DNA from: Myxococcales bacterium
GTDB taxonomy: Bacteria; Myxococcota_A; UBA9042
Direction of reading: 5' to 3'
DNA: 64,000 bases
Assembly (NCBI GenBank): GCA_009692425.1
Contig: SHZF01000002.1
Span: forward strand, 64,992-128,991
In this document: positions 10,499-20,633 of the stretch, one piece after another
Layout of the letters: each line of letters starts with the position of its first letter
Position numbering within the stretch: the stretch's first letter is position 1
Translations under genes and position numbers: made by a program
Notes under the pieces: generated by a model
Seen by the model: the letters and a program-made list of their open reading frames with translations, nothing else
What the model was told of the DNA's origin: nothing
Databases searched by the model: none

Positions 10499-11512
10499 CT
10501 AGGTGCCGCGGGCCATGTCGCGCAACTGGGCCACGCTCGTCTCGGGCAACAACAGCGCCGTCGGCGTAGCCAGGAACTTGCGCGCCCGCGGCCCGTCGCC
10601 CAGCGCCATGAGCGCCGCAGCTTGGACAGCAGCCATGTCGGCAGAAGCCGGCAATCGCTCCGCGTAACGCAGCGCATCTTCCCATTCACCCAGCCGCGCC
10701 GACGCGACCGCGAGCACGTGCCACACGTGGGTCAGTTCGGATTGCGACAGCCACGGCTCCGCGCGCGCCTGGTGGCTGAAGCGGATGGCGGCATCGTAGT
10801 CGCCGGTGTCGAAGGCAGCCCGCGCCTGGTCGAGCAGTTCGCGCACGCGGGCGTGCTTGTCGGTTTCGTGGCGCGCGGGGTCCACGTCGAGGGCCTTCAG
10901 CATCCGCCAGTTCTCGAGCGCGGCCATGCCGAGCATGATGCCCCCGAACATCCAGCCGCGCGTCAGCATCCAGGCGGCAACGAGGCCGCCGACGATGACG
11001 CCGGCCCGATAGGTGACGCGATCGGCGCGCAACGGCGTGCGGATCACCTTGCGCAGCCCGGTGCGGAGCAGCATGCCGCCGTCGAGGGGCATGATCGGCA
11101 ACAGGTTGTACAGGCCCCAGATCACGTTGATCTGCATGCCGACGTTGCACACGAGCGCGACCAGGCCGTCTGCCTGCGTGCCGGCGATGGCGAACCCGAT
11201 CGCGAGCACGAAATTCATCGCCGGGCCGGCCGCGACGATCAGGAACTCGTGCAGGGGGCGCTGCGCCGGCTGGTGGCGACAGAATCCGCCGAAGCCGGTC
11301 AGCACGACCTCCGGTTCGAGGCCGAGCAACTTGCTGACCGTGCCGTGGCCCAGTTCGTGCGCCAACGTCGAGAAGCTGCCGACGAGCACGGCCGCGATAC
11401 CGAATGCAACGCCGTGGTTGAACGCCCACATGAAAAGCATCGCGAGGATAAGGAAGTGCCAGCCCGACACCCATACCGGGATGCCCAGCAGCACGAAAAG
11501 CGGTCGCGTCAT
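10499..11512 (-). CDS. Site-2 protease (M50) family metallopeptidase with C-terminal TPR-like helices
   Basis: HELGH, AAGPAMN and NLLPIMPLDGG motifs; TM segments; helical C-terminal region. Start MTRPLF. Confidence 0.88.
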   Translation of the reverse strand: MTRPLFVLLGIPVWVSGWHFLILAMLFMWAFNHGVAFGIAAVLVGSFSTLAHELGHGTVSKLLGLEPEVVLTGFGGFCRHQPAQRPLHEFLIVAAGPAMNFVLAIGFAIAGTQADGLVALVCNVGMQINVIWGLYNLLPIMPLDGGMLLRTGLRKVIRTPLRADRVTYRAGVIVGGLVAAWMLTRGWMFGGIMLGMAALENWRMLKALDVDPARHETDKHARVRELLDQARAAFDTGDYDAAIRFSHQARAEPWLSQSELTHVWHVLAVASARLGEWEDALRYAERLPASADMAAVQAAALMALGDGPRARKFLATPTALLLPETSVAQLRDMARGT

Positions 11513-11546
11513 GGCTTCCCGGTCGGGCGGCGTCGGGCCGCGGCAC

Positions 11547-13592
11547 TCAATGTAGCACGGACGCTTGTTTCGGCACGGGGGGCTCCGCAGGTCCAGGCGC
11601 CCAGCCCGGCGCCGCTGGCGGGGCGGCTTCGGGCTCGGGCAGCCGCAACAGCCGCGGCATGTCGACCAGGCCGCGCGGAGCATGGCGCAAGGGCATCGGC
11701 GCCAGCATCCCCGGCGGCCGCTCTTCCGGCTGCGACGGGTCGGCGGCGCGGGCAGGGTCCGACGCGAACGGGTGGGCCGCCTCCAGGCACCGCAATGCAT
11801 CGAGCAGACCGGGACTGGGTGCTGCCGTGGCGTTGTCCACGGGTCCGAGCGGCGTCAGGCCCAGCTTTGCCCACAGGCACCGCTCCGCGTGCGGCACCGT
11901 CGCAAGCTCCGCAGCTGTCAGCGGCGGCGGCGGCGGCCACGGCGTCGGGTTTGGCACGCGGTACACCTGCCAACGCCCGCGTGCGTAGACGACAGGAAGC
12001 GCGCGCAGCTCCCCAGCGAAGGGTGGTGGCGCCGCAAACGGGTCGTGCCACGTGGCGATGTAGTCGTAGAAGCGGCCATGCTCCTCGAACGAAAACGTGC
12101 CGTGGTCGTCGCCGAGCGGCTGCGGGCGTGCGGCCCGGCTCCGCAGGCGCAGCGGCTGCAACATCGGGTCGGCAAAGGCCTGCGGCACATAGCCGCTCCC
12201 CGCCACATCCCACCACTCGCCGAGGTTGGTAAACGTCGGTTGCCGCAACCAGGCGCTGCCCGCCTGTCCGTGCAGTGTCAGAACGCTGGAACCATTGGGA
12301 ATCGAACGAAAGGCGTCGCGCATCCGGTCGTACTCGGCGCTCCCCAACGTCACGGCTTGCAGCGCGAGGATCGGCACGCCGGCGGCCACGACGCCGAACG
12401 CGATCGTTCCCGCCCAGGTGCGCTTGCGGGCCTGGGGCGGCGGCGCCAACACGCGCAACGGCAGGGCGCACACACCCACGATCGCGATCGCCTCAACCAA
12501 CCGCACGTTGACGTTGAAAAGCCACAGCGGCCGCAGCACCTGGCGCGGCAGCACGAAGTAGAGGACGGCCAACCCTGCCGTCGCGATCCCGAGGTAGCGG
12601 GCGCCGAGGTTATCCGCCGTATCATGGGGTTCTGACGCGTCGGCCAGTTCTAGTTCCGCCGCCTCGCGCTGGCCCTGCCGCACCGTGCCGAGCACCCACA
12701 GCGCCAGCGCGCCGAGCCAGACCGCACTGAGCATATCGCCCGGCCGCCGCAGCCACAGGTCGGCCATCGCCTCAAGGTGCTTGGGATGCGGCTGGAACTG
12801 GTCGAACATCCGGTCCACGGCCGCGCGCAACGCCGTCAGCGGCAACTGCGCTTCGACCGCGAACGCGTCGCGCCACTGGGAGCCAAAAGACGCGATGTCG
12901 ACCGAGCGCTGCGCCCACGGCAGCAGCAGTGCCACGGACGGCGCAATGCACGCGACCTCGCGCATCGGCCACAGGAGCGCCCGACTCCAGTGGCTGCGCG
13001 CTCCGAACACCGCCGCGAGCCCCGGCAGCAGCACCAGGCCGGCCAGCCAGAACGCGTAGTGCGTGACCGCCAGCAGGGACACGAGCACGGACACAACGAC
13101 GGCCTTCCACAGCGCCGGCGCACGCACCAGACTCAGGTGCGCCGCGAGCATTGCGATGAACAGCGGCAGGGCGAGCGCGACGTGGAAGTAGCCCCACATC
13201 ACGTCGGCGTTCCACATCCACGGCAGCACCGCGAGGACGAGCCACCGGCTGTGCCGGGCCTGGCGCAGCAACACGATCGCCGCCAACGGCAGCGCGGCCA
13301 ACGACAGAGCAATCACCGCCCGCGCGGCACCCTCGACCCCGAGCAGCGGCGCCAGCAGACCGACGAGGCGGTACCACAAGAAGTACGGCGTCGGCACGCC
13401 AAGGCGCTCGAAGGCGGCGGCATAGGCGGGCGTCGCGTCCCAGCGCTGCAGGATCGCTGCCACGCGCAGGTGCTGGCCCGCGTCGAGGAATGGCAGCACA
13501 TCGACCGTCGCCAGCGGGACAAGCGCCAGCGCCACGAACGCCGCGACGAGGCCCCAGAAGGCGAGGTGATAGCGGTCGGTGGGGGCCTGCAT
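11547..13592 (-). CDS. Multi-pass membrane protein, GT-C-like (putative glycosyltransferase)
   Basis: First TM followed by the LPFLDAGQH loop with an acidic residue; about 10 TM segments; soluble C-terminal domain; Pro-rich tail. Confidence 0.55.
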   Translation of the reverse strand: MQAPTDRYHLAFWGLVAAFVALALVPLATVDVLPFLDAGQHLRVAAILQRWDATPAYAAAFERLGVPTPYFLWYRLVGLLAPLLGVEGAARAVIALSLAALPLAAIVLLRQARHSRWLVLAVLPWMWNADVMWGYFHVALALPLFIAMLAAHLSLVRAPALWKAVVVSVLVSLLAVTHYAFWLAGLVLLPGLAAVFGARSHWSRALLWPMREVACIAPSVALLLPWAQRSVDIASFGSQWRDAFAVEAQLPLTALRAAVDRMFDQFQPHPKHLEAMADLWLRRPGDMLSAVWLGALALWVLGTVRQGQREAAELELADASEPHDTADNLGARYLGIATAGLAVLYFVLPRQVLRPLWLFNVNVRLVEAIAIVGVCALPLRVLAPPPQARKRTWAGTIAFGVVAAGVPILALQAVTLGSAEYDRMRDAFRSIPNGSSVLTLHGQAGSAWLRQPTFTNLGEWWDVAGSGYVPQAFADPMLQPLRLRSRAARPQPLGDDHGTFSFEEHGRFYDYIATWHDPFAAPPPFAGELRALPVVYARGRWQVYRVPNPTPWPPPPPLTAAELATVPHAERCLWAKLGLTPLGPVDNATAAPSPGLLDALRCLEAAHPFASDPARAADPSQPEERPPGMLAPMPLRHAPRGLVDMPRLLRLPEPEAAPPAAPGWAPGPAEPPVPKQASVLH

Positions 13593-13688
13593 CGCGTCCG
13601 GGCGGCCGGCAAGCTGCCGACGCGCGGGCCGAGTGTACGGTGGCGGCCGTGCGGGCTCCAGTGCCCTGGGCACTCACTCTCGGTGCCG

Positions 13689-14333
13689 TCAGGGCAGGGT
13701 GTCCGCCGTCGAGGGTCCCGCCAGCGCCGCCAGCGCATCCGCACCGTGCCGACCGAGCGACAGTTCGACCTCGATCCGAAACACCTCGTGGCGCGGGGCA
13801 GGCCGGCCGGCTGTCGGCCGCTGGCAGTCGGCGCCGCCGAGTTCGCCCACGCTCTCTGCATCCCACTGCAATTCACCCTCTGAGCGCAACAGCGGGAACG
13901 TCGCACAATCGAACGGCTTCAGTCCCGGCCACCCCAGCCCCAGCCGCTCGCTCGCCACCTGCAGCGCACAGCGCCAGTCGGCCATCAGCAGCACACAGCG
14001 CGGGGCGTTGGCCAACTCGGGCCGATCGATAAGTGCGGTCGGGATGCCCACGCCCGCCGGAAAGTCTGGATGTTCCCACGTCTCGTCGCCGAACCACTGG
14101 TCGGGATCCGTGCAACCGGGCTGCAAGAGCGGGATCACGTCAGCCGCGTGCGCCAGAATGCGCTGGGCCTGGTGGACATCGACCCAGATGCCGTTCGAGC
14201 AACACGCGGCGTGGCACTCGTCGATGCGGCAGCGCTCGCCCCGGGCCGGGTCGAACAGGGCCGGATCGACGCGCACGGTCTCGGCGCGGCGGCCCTGGAT
14301 GGCGTGGGCGTCGAGCCGCGAGAGTTCACTCAT
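13689..14333 (-). CDS. DUF3109/YkgJ-like cysteine-cluster protein
   Basis: CxxxxCxxxCC...RCVLL...CALQ...LKPFDCATFPL pattern; GGAG upstream of ATG. Confidence 0.75.
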   Translation of the reverse strand: MSELSRLDAHAIQGRRAETVRVDPALFDPARGERCRIDECHAACCSNGIWVDVHQAQRILAHAADVIPLLQPGCTDPDQWFGDETWEHPDFPAGVGIPTALIDRPELANAPRCVLLMADWRCALQVASERLGLGWPGLKPFDCATFPLLRSEGELQWDAESVGELGGADCQRPTAGRPAPRHEVFRIEVELSLGRHGADALAALAGPSTADTLP

Positions 14334-14507
14334 CGTTCAGTCTCCTATGGCGAGGCAGCGTACGGTCGGGCTCGCGCAGGCGCAAGATGGCCCCTGTGTC
14401 TCCTGCACAGCGCGACCGCACGTGCGGCACCGGACCGATTTTGGACTCGACACATCCACCCCCGCCTCCTACACTCCCGCGCCCCAACCACCGCCAGGAG
14501 CCCGCCC

Positions 14508-16097
14508 ATGACCGCCAGTCAACACGGCCTCGACCACCACGGCCTGCAACCCTCGGGCCGCGTCCACTGGAACGAAGACGGGCCGACCTTGCTGGAGCAC
14601 GCCATCCGCCGCAGCGAAGGGCGGCTTACGGCCCACGGCGCGTTCGTGGCGTTGACAGCTCCGCGCACCGGCCGCTCGCCCAACGACAAGTTCGTCGTGC
14701 AAGAGCCTGGCAGCCAAGACCGCATCTGGTGGGGCAAATTCAACCGGCCGACCACGCCTGCGGTGTTCGCGGCGATGCTCGGCAAGGTGCAGGCCTACCT
14801 GTCGGAGCGTCCGGAGCTTTTCGTGCAGGACCTTCACGTCGGCGCCGACCCCGCCGCCCAGATGCCGCTGCGCGTCGTGACCGAGAACGCGTGGCACGCT
14901 GCGTTTGCGCGCAACATGTTCATCCGGCCGGCGGCCGACCGTCTTGCAGGCCATGTGCCTGAATTCACGGTGCTCCACACCCCGCACCTGCAGGCTGCCG
15001 GCAAGGCCGACGGCGTGAATTCGGAAGCGTTCGCGCTCCTCGATTTCGACCGCAAGCTGATCCTGATCGGTGGCACGAAGTACGCCGGCGAAGTGAAGAA
15101 GTCGATCTTCACGGTGATGAACTACCTGTGCCCGCTCCAGGGAATCCTGCCGATGCACTGCTCGTCCAACGTGAAAGGCGACAACACCGCGATCTTCTTC
15201 GGCCTGTCGGGCACCGGCAAGACGACGCTGTCGGCGGACCCGAGCCGCGGCCTCATCGGCGACGACGAGCACGGCTGGGGCGACAGCGGCGTGTTCAACT
15301 TCGAGGGCGGTTGCTACGCCAAGATGATCAACCTGTCGCCTGAGGCCGAGCCGGACATCTTCGCGACCTCCCGGCGGTTCGGCACCATCCTCGAAAACGT
15401 GAAGTTGGACGACCAGCGGGTGCCGGACTTCTACGATTCGAGCATCGCGGAGAACAGTCGCGGATCATATCCAGTTGATTTCATTGCCAACAACGTGCCG
15501 TCAGGGCGCGGTGGCCACCCGCAGAACGTCATCTTCCTGACCGCCGACGCGTTCGGCGTCCTGCCGCCGGTGGCGCGCCTGACGCCCGATCAGGCCGCGT
15601 ACCACTTCATCAGCGGCTATACGGCGAAGGTGGCGGGCACCGAGGTCGGCGTGACGGAGCCGCAGCCGAACTTCTCAGCGTGCTTCGGCGGGCCGTTCAT
15701 GCCGATGCATCCTTCGGTATACGCCGAGCTGCTGATGAAGAAGATGACGCAGCACGGCAGCCAGGCGTGGCTCATCTCGACGGGCTGGACCGGCGGGCCG
15801 TACGGCGTCGGCAAGCGGATGTCGATCCAGCACACGCGCACGCTGCTCAACGCGGTGCTCGACGGCTCGCTCGCCAACGTGGTGTTCCGCAAGGACCCAC
15901 GCTTTGGCTTCGAGGTGCCAACGGCGTGCCCGGGCGTGCCCGCCGAAGTGCTCGACGCGCGCGCGACGTGGACCGACAAGGACGCCTACGACCGCTGCGC
16001 CGACAAGTTGGCCCGCATGTTCGGCGAGAACTTCCAGCAGTTTGCCGGGGGCTGCTCGGATGCCGTCAACAGCGCGGCCCCGCAGGCCGTCGGATGA
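14508..16097 (+). CDS. pckA: Phosphoenolpyruvate carboxykinase (ATP)
   Basis: TGRSPNDKF, YAGEVKKSIF, FFGLSGTGKTTLSAD, IGDDEHGW, FNFEGGCYAK, FLTADAFGVLPP; AGGAG RBS. Confidence 0.97.
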   Translation: MTASQHGLDHHGLQPSGRVHWNEDGPTLLEHAIRRSEGRLTAHGAFVALTAPRTGRSPNDKFVVQEPGSQDRIWWGKFNRPTTPAVFAAMLGKVQAYLSERPELFVQDLHVGADPAAQMPLRVVTENAWHAAFARNMFIRPAADRLAGHVPEFTVLHTPHLQAAGKADGVNSEAFALLDFDRKLILIGGTKYAGEVKKSIFTVMNYLCPLQGILPMHCSSNVKGDNTAIFFGLSGTGKTTLSADPSRGLIGDDEHGWGDSGVFNFEGGCYAKMINLSPEAEPDIFATSRRFGTILENVKLDDQRVPDFYDSSIAENSRGSYPVDFIANNVPSGRGGHPQNVIFLTADAFGVLPPVARLTPDQAAYHFISGYTAKVAGTEVGVTEPQPNFSACFGGPFMPMHPSVYAELLMKKMTQHGSQAWLISTGWTGGPYGVGKRMSIQHTRTLLNAVLDGSLANVVFRKDPRFGFEVPTACPGVPAEVLDARATWTDKDAYDRCADKLARMFGENFQQFAGGCSDAVNSAAPQAVG

Positions 16098-16897
16098 GTC
16101 CGTTGGTCGCGATCGCTCTCGGCACACTGGCCGCCGCCGCTTCTCCGACCGAGGCGGGCCCAACGGGTGCCTTCGCGACGGCACCGAAGCCGGCAGGGTT
16201 CCGCTATTCGATGGTCACCGAGGTGTGGGTGGAATCGCTGGGCGAGACCTACCTCTATGTGCGACGCGACAAGAAATCAACGTCGACGACTCCGGTGCCC
16301 GTGCCCGCGGACCGCGTGCTGCTGGCCCAATGTGTGACAGGCGGCACCCTCGACGACCTCGTGCCCGGTACGCTGATCACGGCGAAATTCGACAACCGCG
16401 GCGTGGTGCGGCCCGAGATCGTCATCATCAAGGCCAGCAGTGTCGAAGTGCTTGATGGCGCCAAGGTGCTCGATCGGGGCGGCAACAAGCTGTACGTGAT
16501 CACATCGGACGGCCAGTCGCGCGGCTTCGCACTGCCCGCCGGCCCCGGCAACTGGGCGGCGGCAGTTACGAACGGCAGCCCCGATGGCCTCAAGCCGGGC
16601 GTGGTCGTCCAGATCAAATACGACCCGAGTGGTAGGGCGGACCTGCGCATCACGTACCGCGACCCGCCGCCACCGGCACCGCCGGTCACAGCGGACAAGG
16701 GGTGTGGTTGTGGTGCCGTGCCGGGGCGCGTCGATGGCGCTGCGTTGGGTTTGGCGTTGAGTGGTGCGGTGCTGTGGTTGCGGGCTCGGCGGGGCAAGCG
16801 CAAGGATCGGGTGCACGTCGTTTCCGTCGCCCCGGCGCAGGCGCGGGGTCTGGCGAATGTCCAAGAAAATCATGGATTCATGCCTCCGCAGGAATGA
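16094..16897 (+). CDS. Exported hypothetical protein with MYXO-CTERM-like sorting signal
   Basis: ATGA overlap with the pckA stop; N-terminal signal peptide; Pro-rich linker then KGCGC...hydrophobic helix...RARRGKRK. Confidence 0.7.
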   Translation: MSPLVAIALGTLAAAASPTEAGPTGAFATAPKPAGFRYSMVTEVWVESLGETYLYVRRDKKSTSTTPVPVPADRVLLAQCVTGGTLDDLVPGTLITAKFDNRGVVRPEIVIIKASSVEVLDGAKVLDRGGNKLYVITSDGQSRGFALPAGPGNWAAAVTNGSPDGLKPGVVVQIKYDPSGRADLRITYRDPPPPAPPVTADKGCGCGAVPGRVDGAALGLALSGAVLWLRARRGKRKDRVHVVSVAPAQARGLANVQENHGFMPPQE

Positions 16898-16899
16898 CG
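16825..16899. repeat. Degenerate CGTC-type REP doublet (REPIN-like)
   Basis: Left arm CGTCGCCCCGGCGCAGGCGCGGGGTCT (16825-16851). Right arm TGGATTCATGCCTCCGCAGGAATGACG (16873-16899) is inverted and resembles CGTCATTCCCGCGAAGGCGGGAATCCA. Confidence 0.55.
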
Positions 16900-17158
16900 G
16901 ATCCGCAGCACAGCGACATCCAGCCCCCGCAGACAATTCATTCAATCCGCCACCGCTCCAACGCTTCGACGTCGGCCAGACCCTGCAAACGCCCGGCCGC
17001 GCAAGCAAGTCTGGCATGCAAGGGTGAGGACCTGGACCCACAACACGACCCGTGCGGGCGCCCGTAGCCACTGCCCCGATCCCCCGCTACACTGCCCACC
17101 GCGCCCGCCCGACCCGGGTCGCACAGTCGCCCGCACGGGTGCGGGGGAGCAGACTCCG

Positions 17159-18214
17159 ATGGCCCAGGACCGCGAATTCGAAGCCCTCGTCTCCACCATC
17201 GCCGACCGCGTGCGTGCCGAACTGTCGCGGCAGCAGGGCGGCAGCGCGCTGTCGATCCACGCCGGCACCCAGGCCAAGCCAGCGGGTGGCCACGACCATG
17301 GGCACGGCCCTGGCCACGGGCACGGACACGCGCATGACCACCCACATGGCGATGCGCGGCCCGGCACACCCTGCAAGGCTGGCAAAGGCGAGTGCACCGG
17401 CTGCGGTTGGTCGATTTCGCGCCGGCCCCACGACGTCAAGACGCTGGTCGAACTCGGCGCCCAACGCATCGGCGCGGCACCCGGCGTGCCCGCCGACCTG
17501 ATGCGCAAGGACCTCGCGCAGTACATCGACCACACGCTGCTGAAGGCCAACGCCAGCCGCGACGACCTCAAGAAGCTGTGCGAAGAGGCGCGGCTGCATC
17601 GGTTTGCCAGCGTGTGCGTCAACGCCGCCAATGTCTCGTATTGCGCGCGCGAGCTGCGCGGGTCGGGCGTGCCGGTGGTGGCGGTCGTCGGCTTTCCCCT
17701 GGGCGCGATGACGCCCGGAGCCAAAGCCTACGAGTCCAAAGAGGCCGTGCGCGACGGTGCCGAAGAGATCGACATGGTACTCAACATCGGCGCCATGAAG
17801 TCAAAGGATTATGCGCTGGTGCTCGACGACATCCGCAAGGTGGTCGAGGCGGCGGGCGGGCGCAAGGTCAAGGTGATCCTCGAAGTCGGCGAACTGACCC
17901 GCGACGAGAAGGTCATCGGCTGCGCGCTGGCGAAAGCGGGCGGCGCGGCGTTCGTGAAGACATCTACGGGCTTCGGGCCCGGCGGTGCGACGGCGGAGGA
18001 CATCGTGTTGATGAAAGCGCTCGTTGGTCCCGAACTGGAAGTGAAGGCGTCGGGCGGCGTGCGCACCGCCGACGACGTCGACGCGATGCTGAAGGCCGGG
18101 GCCACGCGCATCGGTGCTTCGGCTTCCGTCGCGATCGTGCGCGGCGCCACGGCGAAGGGCGACGGCAAGGGGGCTAGCGTGACGCCGATCAAGCGCGCGA
18201 CGGGCGGGTACTAG
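17159..18214 (+). CDS. deoC: Deoxyribose-phosphate aldolase with N-terminal extension of about 115 aa
   Basis: YIDHTLLK, VVGFPLG, GAEEIDMVLNIG, KVILE, FVKTSTGF, VKASGGVRT, GATRIGAS. Confidence 0.95.
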   Translation: MAQDREFEALVSTIADRVRAELSRQQGGSALSIHAGTQAKPAGGHDHGHGPGHGHGHAHDHPHGDARPGTPCKAGKGECTGCGWSISRRPHDVKTLVELGAQRIGAAPGVPADLMRKDLAQYIDHTLLKANASRDDLKKLCEEARLHRFASVCVNAANVSYCARELRGSGVPVVAVVGFPLGAMTPGAKAYESKEAVRDGAEEIDMVLNIGAMKSKDYALVLDDIRKVVEAAGGRKVKVILEVGELTRDEKVIGCALAKAGGAAFVKTSTGFGPGGATAEDIVLMKALVGPELEVKASGGVRTADDVDAMLKAGATRIGASASVAIVRGATAKGDGKGASVTPIKRATGGY

Positions 18215-18217
18215 GCG

Positions 18218-20377
18218 ATGCGCCCAGGAAGCTTTACGAATGGTTGGCGCAACGCCGACGCCAGGCAACCGACGGCGGCGCTCGCCGTCTTGGCAGTGTT
18301 CGGCGCAGCAACGGGTTGCGGGGAGACAGCGACTTCGACCGCAGATGCCAGCGTGCAGGATGCCGGCGCGGGACTGATCGACGGCGGCGCGTTCGACATC
18401 CACGCCGACCCGTGGCCGAAGGAAAAAGTCGGCGCGACGGCGCGCTACGACCTAGCAGGCAAGGGCTGGCACGACCAACCCTTCCCGACCGATCTGCGCC
18501 GCAAGGCGGACGGCAAGCCAGACATCGGCGGCTTCCCAGCCCCGACTGAGGGCTCGCCGGTGCAACTCCTCGACGACTATCTCAAGGCTGCCCAGTGGCG
18601 GCTCGACGGCTGGAGCATCCAGCCCACAATCTACGTGCCGTTCGACGCGCCGCTCGCCAAGCCGACGCCCGACACGACCCCCGGCGCGCCAAAGGGGGCC
18701 CTGCTGCCGTTGGGTACCGGCAAGCTCGAAAAACCCGTCGATACCGTCGTAGCCTCCTCGCCGTACGTGCTGGTCGACGTGACGCCGGCGAGCCCTGAGT
18801 ATGGCCAATTCGTGCCCGTCGCTGCCGCGCTTTCGCCGGCCAAGCGGGGCCAGTACCTGGAGCCCAACCTGTTGATCGCGCAGCCCGTGTGGGGGCGGCC
18901 GCTGAAGCCGAAGACGACGTACGCGTTCGTGGTGCGGCGCGGTTTTCGCGATGCCGCGGGCAGCGTGCTGGGCCGACCCGTCGCGTTGGCCGCTGCGCTC
19001 GATGGCGCGATGGCCGGCAAGCCGCCGACGACGGGTGACGCGGGCCAGTTGGCCAGCCTGCTCGCGCCGCTCGTCAAGCTGCTGCAAGACGGCAAGCTCG
19101 CGGTGCCGTACAAGGACATCGCGGCGGCCACGGTGTTCACGACCGGCAACCCGACCAGTCAGTTGACGGCGATGGCCGAGTGGGTGCGCACCAAGGCGAA
19201 GACGGCCGCAGTGACGGACTGGAAACGCGTCAAGGATGAAGCGGAATACACCTTATACACCGCGAGTTACGTGGCGCCCAACTTTCAGCAGGGCAAGTGT
19301 CCGTACGACGAGGACGGCGGTTTCGCGTTCGCCCCCGATGGGTCACCGACCGTGCAGCGCGACGAACCCCTGCGCGTGGCGCTCGTCGTGCCGAAGGACC
19401 GTCGCCTGGAGCAAGAGGCGAAGGTGCCGATCGTGCTGTCCGCGCACGGCACGGGCGGCAACTGGATGAGCTTTCTCAATTCGTCTGGCGTCAACATCGC
19501 CAAACAGTTGACCGGCATCGGTGCCGCCGTCATCAGCATCGACCAGCCGATGCACGGGCCGCGCTGCGACCCGCCGATCAAGGACCTCGAACTCGACCTC
19601 AAGACGTTCAATTTCCTCAACCTCGAGGCGGGCCTGTCTGGCTTCCGCCAGTCGGCACTCGACTCGGTGTTCCTGACGCGCATGGTGCGCGAGGGCAAGT
19701 TCCAGGTTCCGGAGGCGATCGCGCCCAACGGCGTGGCCGTCGGCTTCGATCCGCAGCGCATGGCGTTCATCGGCCACAGCCAGGGCGGCTTGTCCGGGGC
19801 GCTTGCGGCGGCGGTCGAGCCGAACCTGGGTGCGTACGTGCTGTCGGGAGCCGGCGCGGGCATCTCGCTGACGCTGCTGCTGCGCAAGGACCCGGCCGAC
19901 ATCTCCAAGGCGGTCGCCGCGTTCGCCAACCTCGACGATGGCGAGTTGACGGAGTTCCACCCGATCACGTCGCTCATCCAGATGCTCGCCGACGTCACCG
20001 ACCCGCTTGCCTATGGGCATCTGGTGTTCAAGCGTTCCAAGGGCGTGCGGCCGCCCCACATCTTGCTGACCGAGGGCCTCAAGGACGCCCAGACACCGTC
20101 CGCCACTTCCGAGGCCCTCGCTGCTGCGCTGGGCCTCGACGTGCTGGCGCCCATGGTACACCTGAACGACGCGATGAAGGTGCGCAAGACGAAGGTGCTC
20201 GACGGCCCGGTGAGCCTGAACCTGATTGCGGGCGAGTCGGCGGTGACCGGCATCGTGAGCCAGTGGGATGCGCTGGACCACTTCGTCATCTTCAAGTCGC
20301 CGGCCGCGGGCGCGCTGTACACGACGTTCCTGTCGAGCGCACTCGAAAGCGGCGACGCGACCGCGGTCCTCAAGTAG
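18218..20377 (+). CDS. Lipoprotein with alpha/beta-hydrolase (lipase-like) domain
   Basis: Signal ending AATGC; PFPTD N-terminal motif; HGTGG oxyanion loop; GHSQGG nucleophile elbow; late Asp and His candidates. Confidence 0.75.
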   Translation: MRPGSFTNGWRNADARQPTAALAVLAVFGAATGCGETATSTADASVQDAGAGLIDGGAFDIHADPWPKEKVGATARYDLAGKGWHDQPFPTDLRRKADGKPDIGGFPAPTEGSPVQLLDDYLKAAQWRLDGWSIQPTIYVPFDAPLAKPTPDTTPGAPKGALLPLGTGKLEKPVDTVVASSPYVLVDVTPASPEYGQFVPVAAALSPAKRGQYLEPNLLIAQPVWGRPLKPKTTYAFVVRRGFRDAAGSVLGRPVALAAALDGAMAGKPPTTGDAGQLASLLAPLVKLLQDGKLAVPYKDIAAATVFTTGNPTSQLTAMAEWVRTKAKTAAVTDWKRVKDEAEYTLYTASYVAPNFQQGKCPYDEDGGFAFAPDGSPTVQRDEPLRVALVVPKDRRLEQEAKVPIVLSAHGTGGNWMSFLNSSGVNIAKQLTGIGAAVISIDQPMHGPRCDPPIKDLELDLKTFNFLNLEAGLSGFRQSALDSVFLTRMVREGKFQVPEAIAPNGVAVGFDPQRMAFIGHSQGGLSGALAAAVEPNLGAYVLSGAGAGISLTLLLRKDPADISKAVAAFANLDDGELTEFHPITSLIQMLADVTDPLAYGHLVFKRSKGVRPPHILLTEGLKDAQTPSATSEALAAALGLDVLAPMVHLNDAMKVRKTKVLDGPVSLNLIAGESAVTGIVSQWDALDHFVIFKSPAAGALYTTFLSSALESGDATAVLK

Positions 20378-20549
20378 GACGCTGCGAAACTCCGTTTGGG
20401 CGGTTCGAAACTGCGGCCACCGAACGGCGCGCGGCCAGCATGCGTTGCCGGCGCCGATTGCCCCACCACCGCAGCGTCAGTCGGCTCATCTGCACGACGA
20501 ACGCGATCGTGCCGAGCGCGGCCATCACCTTGCCAAGCGTCGGGTCCAT
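20370..20549 (-). CDS. Possible small single-TM protein (59 aa)
   Basis: MDPTLGKVMAALGTIAFVVQM hydrophobic helix then a basic stretch; fills the gap downstream of the GATase gene. Confidence 0.3.
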   Translation of the reverse strand: MDPTLGKVMAALGTIAFVVQMSRLTLRWWGNRRRQRMLAARRSVAAVSNRPNGVSQRPT

Positions 20550-20633
20550 CGCGCATCCGGGCCGCACGGCGGCGGCGGCACAATCAAGGACGGGGCGCGG
20601 CGTGCGCAACCCAGCCCGCACTGACTCGCTCGA

